In this document: positions 19,853-29,177 of the stretch, in pieces
Layout: each line of letters opens with the position of its first letter
Position numbering within the stretch: position 1 is the first letter of the stretch
Assembly (NCBI GenBank): GCA_006969905.1
Contig: CP030887.1
Span: forward strand, 2,218,730 to 2,282,729
Source: Balneolaceae bacterium
GTDB lineage: Bacteria; Bacteroidota; Rhodothermia; Balneolales; Balneolaceae
DNA: 64,000 nt
Reading direction: 5' to 3'
Program-made: the position numbers and the translations under genes
Notes under the pieces: generated by a model
What the model saw: the letters and a program-made list of their open reading frames with translations, nothing else
Told to the model about the DNA's origin: nothing
Databases searched by the model: none

Positions 19853-20563
19853 TTGCAATGCGAAAAAAAAGGCGTAAAAATGAGTACAAAGTTTCGGCAA
19901 TTAAAAAACGATTTACAGGAGTTAGAAAAAGACCCTTCATCGCAGTTGAACAACAGCGGGGCTTCTAAAACATCTAGTTCAAGGCTTTCCAATTACATCC
20001 TTTTATTTGCTTTCCTGGCCACGCTTACCTTTTACATAGGATCCAGGTTTAGTTTACCGGATATAAATATTCCGAATCCAACGGAAATAGCACAATCATT
20101 CAATGAGCCCAGTGATGATTTACTTCAGAGAATGGGTAGCTGGATGACCGAAATGGGATATGGAGAATTAAGCAGGCAAGAGTTGATTGACCTGAGAAAC
20201 GAAGGCGTGACAGCTACCTATACATCTCAAATAAGGGATGTTGGATATACCGATGTAACCTTAGAACAACTTGTTGAGCTCCAAAGAGCCGATGTAAGTG
20301 CAACCTATGCCCGCATGATGAAAGAATTGGGCTATGGTCTTTCTGTAGACCAGCTGGCTGAAACGAGGAGAAATGGAGTTACGGCTAATTTTACCAGCCA
20401 AATGATGGATTTGGGATATACGATTGAAGAGCTGACCATTGAAAACCTAATGCGTCTCAGAAGTGTAGGAGTGACCGCATCCCTTGCAGAGCGCTTAATT
20501 AATGCAGAGGGAGTAAAACCGACTATCGAAGAATTGATTCGCTATCGAATCAGCAATCAGTAA
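19853..20563 (+). CDS. Single-TM protein with about five 35-aa helical repeats
   Basis: Repeat consensus GYxxLxxxxLxxLRxxGVTAxY; true start probably the ATG of MSTKF. Confidence 0.7.
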   Translation: MQCEKKGVKMSTKFRQLKNDLQELEKDPSSQLNNSGASKTSSSRLSNYILLFAFLATLTFYIGSRFSLPDINIPNPTEIAQSFNEPSDDLLQRMGSWMTEMGYGELSRQELIDLRNEGVTATYTSQIRDVGYTDVTLEQLVELQRADVSATYARMMKELGYGLSVDQLAETRRNGVTANFTSQMMDLGYTIEELTIENLMRLRSVGVTASLAERLINAEGVKPTIEELIRYRISNQ

Positions 20564-20651
20564 ATCAACTAATATTAAAAGTTGGAACTTAATGGCGGAG
20601 AGATTGTTAGTGTGTATGAAATAAAAACTTTCACACTTAACTAAGCTAGTT

Positions 20652-21218
20652 TTGAAATATATAAAGCAAATATCCCTTGTCGCAGTAATGTTAATTTTTT
20701 CCGGCTCTGCTTATGCCCAGAGTTTATTAAAAGACAAATCCGGCATAGGCCCCAGGATCGGTTACTACAAAGCTCCTGATGCTGAGGACGGTACTATGTT
20801 TATCGGTGCCCAGACTCGCTTCAGAGGAGAAATAGTAGGTTTTGAACTGGCAGCAGAATACAGAGGAGAGCAAAGCTATACAGTTAATGGTGGGGAATTA
20901 ACAGTAAAACAAATTCCTGTTACTACTTCCCTTTTAGTATTTGTACCTGTAGCTCCAAATTTCCAGCCTTATGGCCTCATCGGATTAGGGGCATACTATT
21001 CAATCTATGATTATGATGGTGGATTCATTAATCCTGGTGATGATGCTGAAGTTAATTTAGGCTATCATTTAGGATTTGGTTTAGATCTGCCACTTAATGA
21101 ATCTGCAGCATTAAATGTGGATTACAGATACCTCTTTCTTGATGGAAATAACGACAGTATAAGTGATAAAGAGTTTAGTGGTAATGTTCTTACAGCTGGC
21201 CTTACTTTTTACTTCTAA
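20652..21218 (+). CDS. Small outer-membrane beta-barrel (porin-family/OmpA-like TM domain)
   Basis: Signal peptide, alternating beta-strands (QPYGLIGLG, LNVDYRY), C-terminal Phe. Confidence 0.85.
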   Translation: MKYIKQISLVAVMLIFSGSAYAQSLLKDKSGIGPRIGYYKAPDAEDGTMFIGAQTRFRGEIVGFELAAEYRGEQSYTVNGGELTVKQIPVTTSLLVFVPVAPNFQPYGLIGLGAYYSIYDYDGGFINPGDDAEVNLGYHLGFGLDLPLNESAALNVDYRYLFLDGNNDSISDKEFSGNVLTAGLTFYF

Positions 21219-21351
21219 TTACTCAGAAAGGGCTTTCACAATTTCTGTTGTGAAAAACTAATTTTTTAGAGGAATTCTCAATTAATTCTATTTTCTTCAT
21301 CAGGTATTCATATGAGTACCTGATTTTTTTTGCAATTTAAACTGTAGAATT

Positions 21352-22275
21352 ATGCCTGAGATCATTTTACCGGAAGTAGAAATGAACATTTATTCTCCCA
21401 AGAGCCCTGCGGAGGCGACTTTAGTAGAGAATTATGTATGTACAGCTGAATCAAGCCCCAATATAATCCGACATCTTACTTTTGATGTTTCAGGTACTGG
21501 CCTGGAGGGGAAGTTTAAAGTAGGGCAATCTATTGGTGTACTTCCCCCTGGTGCTGATGAAAAGGGAAAAGCGCATAAACTAAGGCTTTACTCTGTGTCA
21601 TCTCCTGAAAAAGGCGAGGGAGGTAAAAAGCATTTGGTTTCGACTACTGTAAAAAGGGCTAATGAAGAAGTTGATGGTACTTTTTATTTAGGTGTGTGTT
21701 CAAACTATTTGTGCAATCTCAAACTGGGAGACAAGTTGAAAGTAACCGGGCCCAGTGGCCGCCGCTACTTGCTACCGGTCAACAAGGAAGAATTTAACTA
21801 TGTCTTTTTTGCTACTGGAACTGGTATTGCTCCCTTCCGCGGTATGATTATGGAGCTTTTTGAAGCGGGAATTACTAATGAGGTAGCACTGGTTTTCGGA
21901 TGTCCGTATCGAACAGATCTTATTTATCCGAAATTTTTAAATGAAATGGAAGAAAAGCATGAGAATTTCCATTACATAAAAATGATTTCAAGAGAAGATC
22001 GCCGTGACGATGGCAGCAAGTATTATGTGCAAACCGCGATTGAAGACCGACCTGATATTCTGGATCCTATATTAAGTAAAGAGAATACACTTATATATAT
22101 CTGTGGAATGAAGGGTATGGAGTCAGGTATTTATCATAACCTGGCTAAAAGGGGACACATGGGTTATTTACGCTTGAAAGGGCAGCCAGAATCAGATGAC
22201 CCAAACCAATGGAGTTGGGAAGAAGTAAAAAAGATGCTTAAACCGTCAGAGCGGACCTTCGAAGAAGTGTACTAA
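21352..22275 (+). CDS. Plant-type ferredoxin-NADP+ reductase family protein
   Basis: RLYS, GVCSNYLC, ATGTGIAPF, YICG, C-terminal EEVY. Confidence 0.88.
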   Translation: MPEIILPEVEMNIYSPKSPAEATLVENYVCTAESSPNIIRHLTFDVSGTGLEGKFKVGQSIGVLPPGADEKGKAHKLRLYSVSSPEKGEGGKKHLVSTTVKRANEEVDGTFYLGVCSNYLCNLKLGDKLKVTGPSGRRYLLPVNKEEFNYVFFATGTGIAPFRGMIMELFEAGITNEVALVFGCPYRTDLIYPKFLNEMEEKHENFHYIKMISREDRRDDGSKYYVQTAIEDRPDILDPILSKENTLIYICGMKGMESGIYHNLAKRGHMGYLRLKGQPESDDPNQWSWEEVKKMLKPSERTFEEVY

Positions 22276-22282
22276 TCTGCAA

Positions 22283-22846
22283 CTAAAGTTTGGTTACCCC
22301 ACCCGACACTATAAATCTCATAAACTCTGTCGAATCCTTTTGTACAGGTTTAATATGTTCTTTTTTAACTATGTAAAGGTTGCCGGAAAAGTTATAAGAG
22401 TGTGGACAGTAAACGGCAATTTCATCTTCCAATCCAAGGTTTTCGAGAGATTCCTGGGTCACAAAACCTAATCTATTAACTCCGGGAACTCCAAAGTCAA
22501 CCACAACCGGCGAGGTAAACTTCTTTTTCTCTCCTACAAAAGCTTCAGTAAGGTCTTTTAGCGAAGTATAAATGATACTGACCAAAGGAGTGCGGCTCAG
22601 TAGTTTCTCAAAAAGGTGAACAATTGGCTTGGTAAAAGCCCTTGTAAACATAAATCCAATTAAAGAAATGGCAACGAACCCGGTTATAATCCCAAGCCCG
22701 GGAATATTATACTCAAACCAGCCAAAGAAAAAGTAATTCAGGGTTTCGTTCATCCAGCCGATGGCAATAGAAACCAAGTAAATGGTAGCACCAACAGGAA
22801 ATACGATAAGCATTCCGCGTAGAAAATAATTTAAGATCGTTTTCAT
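22283..22846 (-). CDS. DUF502 family membrane protein
   Basis: FLRGMLIV, RTPLVSIIY, VYCPHSYNFSG, FIVSGG motifs. Confidence 0.88.
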   Translation of the reverse strand: MKTILNYFLRGMLIVFPVGATIYLVSIAIGWMNETLNYFFFGWFEYNIPGLGIITGFVAISLIGFMFTRAFTKPIVHLFEKLLSRTPLVSIIYTSLKDLTEAFVGEKKKFTSPVVVDFGVPGVNRLGFVTQESLENLGLEDEIAVYCPHSYNFSGNLYIVKKEHIKPVQKDSTEFMRFIVSGGVTKL

Positions 22847-22924
22847 AATTCAAAAATTGGATTAGACAGAACAAAGAACGCAAAACTATAGCTCTTGTTC
22901 CATGAGTAAGAGCAATAAATTTTC

Positions 22925-22932
22925 TATCTTTG
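22925..22932 (+). promoter_or_regulatory. Bacteroidota-type sigmaA -7 box for alaS
   Basis: TATCTTTG matches TAnnTTTG, 33 nt before the alaS ATG. Confidence 0.5.
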
Positions 22933-22965
22933 TGGCCTTAATAAAAAACCTGCTTACTCACACCA

Positions 22966-25635
22966 ATGCCGACCAAAACTTCATCAGAGATTAGAAAAGA
23001 ATTCCTGGATTTTTTTGCTGAAAAAAATCACGCTATCGTAAATAGTGCACCTGTTGTACCAAAAGATGATCCGACCCTTCTGTTCACTAATGCAGGTATG
23101 AACCAGTTTAAACCAATCTTTTTGGGTGAAGAAAAATCTTTGAAACATGAAGGTAGAGATTGGAACCGTGCGGCAGACACGCAAAAATGTATCCGTGTTA
23201 GTGGCAAGCATAACGATCTTGAGGAGGTAGGCCACGATACCTATCATCATACATTATTCGAAATGCTTGGTAACTGGTCTTTTGGGGATTACTTTAAACA
23301 AGAAGCTATAGCCTGGGCGTGGGAGCTATTGGTTGAACGATGGGGATTAGAACCGGATCGATTATATGCTACGGTTTTTGGGGGCGATGAAGAAGATGGG
23401 TTACCGGTAGATGACGAAGCTATTGAACTTTGGAAAAGTGAGACAACGATAAAACATGATCACATCCTGAAGTTTGGTAAAAAAGATAATTTCTGGGAAA
23501 TGGGAGAGACGGGACCTTGCGGGCCATGTTCTGAAGTTCATATTGATTTGAGAAGTGATGAAGAGCGGGCAAAGCAAGATGGTGCTGAACTTGTAAATAT
23601 GGATGACCCTCGTGTTATGGAAATATGGAATCTTGTATTCATCCAGTTTAACAGAATAGCAGGGGGAGAACTCGAAAAACTACCCGCCCAGCATGTTGAT
23701 ACAGGGATGGGTTTTGAGCGGGTTTGTGCAGTTTTACAAGGCAAAACATCCAATTACGATTCAGATGTATTTACACCCCTGTTAACATCTATCGCTGATC
23801 TTGCAGGTACGCCTTATGGAAAAGATGAAAAGAAAGACATAGCAATGCGCGTAATTGCAGATCACATCCGTGCAGTGGCTTTTTCTATAGCAGACGGAGC
23901 TTCTCCCGGAAATGACGGGCGTGGTTATGTGATAAGGAGAATTTTACGCCGTGCCATCCGCTACGGTTGGGACAAATTAGGCTTAAAAGAACCTTTTTTC
24001 TATAAATTGGTTCCGGTGCTATCCGGGCAGTTTAAATCGGTTTTCCCTGAAATAGATGCTCAACAAGAGTACGTGATAAATGTGATTCGTTCTGAAGAAC
24101 AGAGTTTTCTAAGAACACTTGGGCAGGGTATTGACCTTTTCAACCAAATGATTGAAGGTAAAGAAAAGCTTTCAGGGGATGATGCCTTCAAATTGCATGA
24201 TACTTACGGTTTCCCCATTGACCTGACCCAGCTGATGGCCCGGGAACAAGGTGTTAGTGTTGATGAAGCCCGCTTTGAAGAGCTAATGAAAGAACAAAAA
24301 GACCGTGCCCGGGCAGCAGGTAAGTTTTCTGTTGATCAAAGTAAACTCAATAACTGGATTGTCTTGAAGGAAGGAGACAATTCCGAGTTTGTAGGATATG
24401 ATGATGCAGATGCTGAAGCAGAAATACTTTCATATCGAAAAGAAGGTGATCGTTTTGCTTTTACTCTTTCCCTAACTCCTTTTTATGCTGAAAGTGGTGG
24501 ACAAGTAGCAGATACAGGTTTGCTTACAAATGGGGAAGAGTATATCCACGTCATAGATGTTCAAAAGGTTAATGATCAGTATATACACTACACTGACTCG
24601 TTGCCGGAGAATTTAGAAGGGTTCTGGACTGCACAAATCGATATTGACCGGAGGTCTGAAATCCAGAAGCACCACTCAGCGACACATTTGGTACATGCAG
24701 CTTTACGAAAAACTTTGGGAGATCACGTAGCCCAAAAAGGTTCGCTGGTTGATGAACACCATCTGAGATTTGATTTCTCTCATTTTGAGGGAGTGAACCA
24801 GGATCAACTGGATACTGTAGAACAAATAGTGAATGAAAAGATACAGCAAAACATTCTGCTTGAAGAGGAGCGAAATGTCCCTATTGAAGAAGCTAAAAAA
24901 CGTGGGGCTATGATGCTTTTTGGAGAGAAATATGGAGAATCCGTTCGCATAATAACTTTTGATGAAGATTATTCGGTAGAGCTTTGTGGGGGCACCCATG
25001 TTGGAGCAACCGGTGAAATCGGGTACTTCAGGTTCACCCAGGAAACATCGGTAGCTGCAGGTATTCGGCGTATTGAAGCCGTATGCGGAAAGGCAGCGGA
25101 TAACATTTTACGGGAAGAGAAAGAAACCATCCGCAATGTGAAACAGGTTCTGGGACAAAGCAGTGATTTAGCCCGTGATGTTCAAAAGCTTTTAGAAGAA
25201 AAGAAAGCTCTTGAAAAAGAGCTATCCAAGCTGAATTTACAGAATACCGGCGCTAAGCTCGCTGATTTAATAAATACAGCAGTAACCCTTGATAGCGAGA
25301 TTAAGCTTGTAAAAGGTGAGATTTCAGGTGCTGACATGAATATCCTGAAGCAACTTGGGTACGATGCTCTCCAAAAATCTTCTCAGAATACTGTTACTGT
25401 TTTAGGAGCTAAAGACGAAGAAGAAGGCAAAGTGTATTTGATGGTTTCGGTAACGGATGATCTTATCAAAGAAAAAGGATTAAAGGCAGGTGCTTTGGTA
25501 GGTCAATTAGGCCGGGTAGTAGGCGGTGGAGGTGGTGGCCAGCCTAATTTGGCAACAGCCGGGGGACGGCAACCTGAAAATCTTGACCAGGCTTTAGAAA
25601 AAGCGGATGAAATCATCACGGCTTCCATTCAATAG
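22966..25635 (+). CDS. alaS: Alanyl-tRNA synthetase
   Basis: LLFTNAGMNQFK, GPCGPCSE, HHSATHL editing motif, ELCGGTH, GGGGGG C-Ala tail. Confidence 0.98.
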   Translation: MPTKTSSEIRKEFLDFFAEKNHAIVNSAPVVPKDDPTLLFTNAGMNQFKPIFLGEEKSLKHEGRDWNRAADTQKCIRVSGKHNDLEEVGHDTYHHTLFEMLGNWSFGDYFKQEAIAWAWELLVERWGLEPDRLYATVFGGDEEDGLPVDDEAIELWKSETTIKHDHILKFGKKDNFWEMGETGPCGPCSEVHIDLRSDEERAKQDGAELVNMDDPRVMEIWNLVFIQFNRIAGGELEKLPAQHVDTGMGFERVCAVLQGKTSNYDSDVFTPLLTSIADLAGTPYGKDEKKDIAMRVIADHIRAVAFSIADGASPGNDGRGYVIRRILRRAIRYGWDKLGLKEPFFYKLVPVLSGQFKSVFPEIDAQQEYVINVIRSEEQSFLRTLGQGIDLFNQMIEGKEKLSGDDAFKLHDTYGFPIDLTQLMAREQGVSVDEARFEELMKEQKDRARAAGKFSVDQSKLNNWIVLKEGDNSEFVGYDDADAEAEILSYRKEGDRFAFTLSLTPFYAESGGQVADTGLLTNGEEYIHVIDVQKVNDQYIHYTDSLPENLEGFWTAQIDIDRRSEIQKHHSATHLVHAALRKTLGDHVAQKGSLVDEHHLRFDFSHFEGVNQDQLDTVEQIVNEKIQQNILLEEERNVPIEEAKKRGAMMLFGEKYGESVRIITFDEDYSVELCGGTHVGATGEIGYFRFTQETSVAAGIRRIEAVCGKAADNILREEKETIRNVKQVLGQSSDLARDVQKLLEEKKALEKELSKLNLQNTGAKLADLINTAVTLDSEIKLVKGEISGADMNILKQLGYDALQKSSQNTVTVLGAKDEEEGKVYLMVSVTDDLIKEKGLKAGALVGQLGRVVGGGGGGQPNLATAGGRQPENLDQALEKADEIITASIQ

Positions 25636-25722
25636 AACAGCTTGAACAAAAGCGAAAACTTCCCAAAAAATGGATATATTCCTGCCCTTTTTCAGAAGGC
25701 AGAAGCATATAAAAACTAAACT

Positions 25723-26823
25723 ATGGCTAAAAAGAAAGCAGACGATGTCCAATTTGCCCCGAAAGGCGTTGGAGAAATAAAAGACGGAGCCGTGCAGAAA
25801 GGGGTTGATTTACCCCCGGCAACCAAAAAGAAACATAAAGATTTAGGTTTGTCAGCAGATAAACTGAAGGCAATGTATGAGCAGATGTACCTTCAAAGGC
25901 GTTTTGAAGAACGTGCTATGCAGCAGTACCAAAAAGGTAAGTTTGGCGGGTTTCTGCATCTCTATATAGGGCAGGAGGCAGTTTCTACAGGTACTGTATT
26001 TGCTTTAAATGACGATGATGACATTATAACGGCTTACAGAGATCATGGCTGGGGTCTTTGCAGGGGTATATCAGCTAATGAAGGTATGGCCGAGCTGTTT
26101 GGAAAAGCAACAGGTTGTTCAAGAGGGAAGGGTGGCTCCATGCATTTTGCCAAAGTGGATCATCATTTTTGGGGAGGATATGGTATTGTAGGGGGGCATA
26201 TTCCTATTGCCGGTGGGCTTGCTTTTGCCAACAAATACAACCAGAATGACCGGATTTCAACCTGCTTCTTTGGCGATGGTGCTGTAGACCAAGGCGCATT
26301 ACACGAAACTATGAATATGGCACAACTCTGGAAGTTACCGGTAATTCTTGTTGTTGAGAATAATGGATACTCTATGGGTACGGCTGCCAAAAGGCATACC
26401 GTTGCTGAAATTGTTGACCGGGCAAAAGGATATGCCATGAAAAGTGCGGTAATTAATGGCATGGATGTATTCTCGGTATATGAGAAAATGAAAGAAATAG
26501 CTAATGATGTTCGTGAAAACTCTGAGCCCTGGTTTGTAGAAATACGAACCTACCGGTACAGAGGGCATTCTATGTCAGATCCTCAGCAATACCGTTCTAA
26601 GCAAGAACTGGAAGACTACCAAAAGATCGATCCGATCCAGAGATTGAAGACTTACATTCTTGAACACAAAGTGTTAAGTGAAGAGCAGATTAAAGAAATT
26701 GATGATAAAGTAGAGCAGGAAATACTGGATGCAGTAGAGTTTGCCGATAATTCTGACTTCCCAAAAGAAGAAGAACTCTACGAAGATATGTTCGAAGAAG
26801 ACAATCCATACTTCCACGTTTAA
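25723..26823 (+). CDS. pdhA: Pyruvate dehydrogenase E1 alpha
   Basis: GFLHLYIGQEA, GKGGSMH, FFGDGA TPP motif, YRGHSMSDP. Confidence 0.96.
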   Translation: MAKKKADDVQFAPKGVGEIKDGAVQKGVDLPPATKKKHKDLGLSADKLKAMYEQMYLQRRFEERAMQQYQKGKFGGFLHLYIGQEAVSTGTVFALNDDDDIITAYRDHGWGLCRGISANEGMAELFGKATGCSRGKGGSMHFAKVDHHFWGGYGIVGGHIPIAGGLAFANKYNQNDRISTCFFGDGAVDQGALHETMNMAQLWKLPVILVVENNGYSMGTAAKRHTVAEIVDRAKGYAMKSAVINGMDVFSVYEKMKEIANDVRENSEPWFVEIRTYRYRGHSMSDPQQYRSKQELEDYQKIDPIQRLKTYILEHKVLSEEQIKEIDDKVEQEILDAVEFADNSDFPKEEELYEDMFEEDNPYFHV

Positions 26824-26839
26824 AAGATAATATTGAAAA

Positions 26840-27823
26840 ATGGCTGAATTACAATTTAGAGAAGCAATAAAGCACGCAATTGATGAGGAAATGGGGCGCG
26901 ATGAACGCGTCTTTGTTATGGGCGAGGAAGTGGCAGAGTATAACGGTGCCTATAAAGTTACAGAAGGGTTACTGGATAAATACGGGTACAGAAGGGTGAT
27001 AGATACTCCGATCTCTGAACTTGGATTTGCCGGAATCGGTGTAGGCGCTGCAATGAACGGGCTTCGTCCCATTATTGAGTTTATGACCTTTAACTTTGCT
27101 GTGTTAGCTACTGATCAAATCATCAATCATGCTACCAAAGTAAAATATATGACAGGCGGGCAAATCAGTTGCCCGATTGTTTTCAGGGGGCCGAATGCTT
27201 CAGCAGGGCAGCTTGGAGCCACACATTCCGTTTCTTATGATTCAATGTACGCTCATTTTCCGGGATTAAAGGTGATTTATGTTTCCGAACCCGATGACGC
27301 GAAAGGACTAATGAAATCAGCTATCCGGGATGATAATCCGGTTATCTTCATGGAATCTGAGCAAATGTATGGAATGAAAGGAGAAGTGTCTGATGAAGAA
27401 GATTATATCATTCCGATTGGAAAAGGAAAGATCAAACGTGAAGGGGACGATGTAACCCTGGTTGCCCATGGCAAAATGTATCACGTAGCTGTACAGGCTG
27501 CCAAACAGCTGGCGAAGGATGGAATAGAGTGCGAGATTATTGATCCGCGTACAGTTAAGCCTCTTGACCTGCCGTTGATTATAGAATCCATTAAGAAGAC
27601 AAACCGGTGCGTGGTTGTGGATGAAGCACATCCGTTCGGTGGTTTAGCTTCCGAAATTGGCTTTCTTATCCAGAGAGAAGCGTTTGATTACCTGGATGCT
27701 CCAGTACAGCGTGTTTGCTTGCCTGATGTAAATGCGCCCTTTGCCAAAAACCTGTTTGATATCTGGTTCCCCAGCCCGAAACAGGTGATTGATGCCGTGA
27801 ACCAGGTTACTTACAGAAATTAA
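26840..27823 (+). CDS. pdhB: Pyruvate dehydrogenase E1 beta
   Basis: GEEVAEYNGAYKVT, DTPISE, EFMTFNF. Confidence 0.96.
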   Translation: MAELQFREAIKHAIDEEMGRDERVFVMGEEVAEYNGAYKVTEGLLDKYGYRRVIDTPISELGFAGIGVGAAMNGLRPIIEFMTFNFAVLATDQIINHATKVKYMTGGQISCPIVFRGPNASAGQLGATHSVSYDSMYAHFPGLKVIYVSEPDDAKGLMKSAIRDDNPVIFMESEQMYGMKGEVSDEEDYIIPIGKGKIKREGDDVTLVAHGKMYHVAVQAAKQLAKDGIECEIIDPRTVKPLDLPLIIESIKKTNRCVVVDEAHPFGGLASEIGFLIQREAFDYLDAPVQRVCLPDVNAPFAKNLFDIWFPSPKQVIDAVNQVTYRN

Positions 27824-27847
27824 ATTAACTCACTTAATCGAAGAAAA

Positions 27848-29113
27848 ATGGCCATTAAGATTGAAATGCCGAAGCTTAGCGATACCATGGAAGAAGGGGT
27901 AATCGCAAAATGGAATGTAAAAGAAGGCGATAAAATTGAAGCCGGTGATATTATAGCAGAAGTTGAGACCGATAAGGCTACTATGGATGTGGAAGCTTTT
28001 GACGCAGGGGTTCTGCTAAAGATCATACCTGCAGAAGGGGATGCAGTACCTCTTGGCGGGCTTATAGCAGTTATAGGGGAAGAAGGAGAAGATATAAGTG
28101 ATATTTTAGCCAATGCAGGAGGAGATTCACCTTCCTCATCTTCTGAAACTGAAAAAGAAACCGCTACTGAAGAAGCTGAAGAACCTTCAGAGGAAGAAGC
28201 TAAAACAGAAAATTCCTCTTCTTCAACTTCGGATAATGGACGGATTAAAGCTTCTCCACTGGCCAAGAAAATGGCGGAAGATAAAGGAATTGATCTGTCT
28301 TCTGTATCCGGCAGTGGCCCTGAAGGTCGTATTGTTAAGAAAGACATTGAAAGTTTTAAAGGTACTTCATCAGGTGGAGGCCTGTCTAAGCCGGGTGGCA
28401 CCGCGGCAACCTCAGGAGCAAGCTTCCCAAGCTTAGAGAGTAAGGAAGTAAAAGTCTCACAAATGAGAAAAGTAATTGCCCGAAGGCTTTCTGAAAGTAA
28501 GTTTACCAATCCTCATTTTTATGAGACGGTTGACATAGACATGAAAGCAGCAATGGCAGCTCGTTCTGCTATGAATGAAGCCAATGAAGTTCGTATAAGC
28601 TTTAATGATATTGTTGTAAAAGCCTGTGCTGTTGCGCTTACCCGCCATCAGGCCATAAACAGTTCGTGGCATGATGATATTATAAAAGAGCATGGAGACG
28701 TCCATATTGCCGTAGCTGTTGCGATTGATGAGGGCTTGATGACCCCAGTTATTACCCATGCAGATAAGAAAGGGCTTTCCAAGATATCTGCCGAAACCAG
28801 GGAGTTGGCAGAACTGGCAAGAGATCGAAAACTCGCACCGGAGCAAATGGAAGGCAGTACCTTTACCATCTCTAACCTGGGTATGTTTGGTATAGAAGAA
28901 TTTACAGCCATTATAAATCCACCAAATGCATGCATACTTGCAGTAGGGGCTATAAGGGACGTTCCTGTTGTCGAAAACGGAGCCGTGGTTCCGGGTAAAA
29001 GAATGAAGATTACACTTTCCAGTGACCACCGTATTGTGGATGGTGCGAAAGCAGCTCAATTCTTAAATACAGTTAAGAATCTGTTGGAGAATCCCTTATC
29101 CATGCTGTTATAA
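27848..29113 (+). CDS. pdhC: Dihydrolipoamide acetyltransferase (E2), single lipoyl domain
   Basis: ETDKATM lipoyl motif, KASPLAKK E3-binding domain, DHRIVDG. Confidence 0.96.
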   Translation: MAIKIEMPKLSDTMEEGVIAKWNVKEGDKIEAGDIIAEVETDKATMDVEAFDAGVLLKIIPAEGDAVPLGGLIAVIGEEGEDISDILANAGGDSPSSSSETEKETATEEAEEPSEEEAKTENSSSSTSDNGRIKASPLAKKMAEDKGIDLSSVSGSGPEGRIVKKDIESFKGTSSGGGLSKPGGTAATSGASFPSLESKEVKVSQMRKVIARRLSESKFTNPHFYETVDIDMKAAMAARSAMNEANEVRISFNDIVVKACAVALTRHQAINSSWHDDIIKEHGDVHIAVAVAIDEGLMTPVITHADKKGLSKISAETRELAELARDRKLAPEQMEGSTFTISNLGMFGIEEFTAIINPPNACILAVGAIRDVPVVENGAVVPGKRMKITLSSDHRIVDGAKAAQFLNTVKNLLENPLSMLL

Positions 29114-29145
29114 ACGAAAGTTCTAACAGGCATGCATTGTTTTCT

Positions 29146-29177
29146 AAAAGCCTCATTCAAAGGAATGGGGCTTTTTT
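29146..29177. terminator. Bidirectional intrinsic terminator between pdhC and the usher gene
   Basis: AAAAGCCTCATTC-aaag-GAATGGGGCTTTTTT hairpin flanked by A and T tracts. Confidence 0.8.

Noticed and set aside
25520-25545. Poly-Gly coding stretch in alaS
   Set aside because: Normal conserved GGGGG motif of the AlaRS C-terminal domain.
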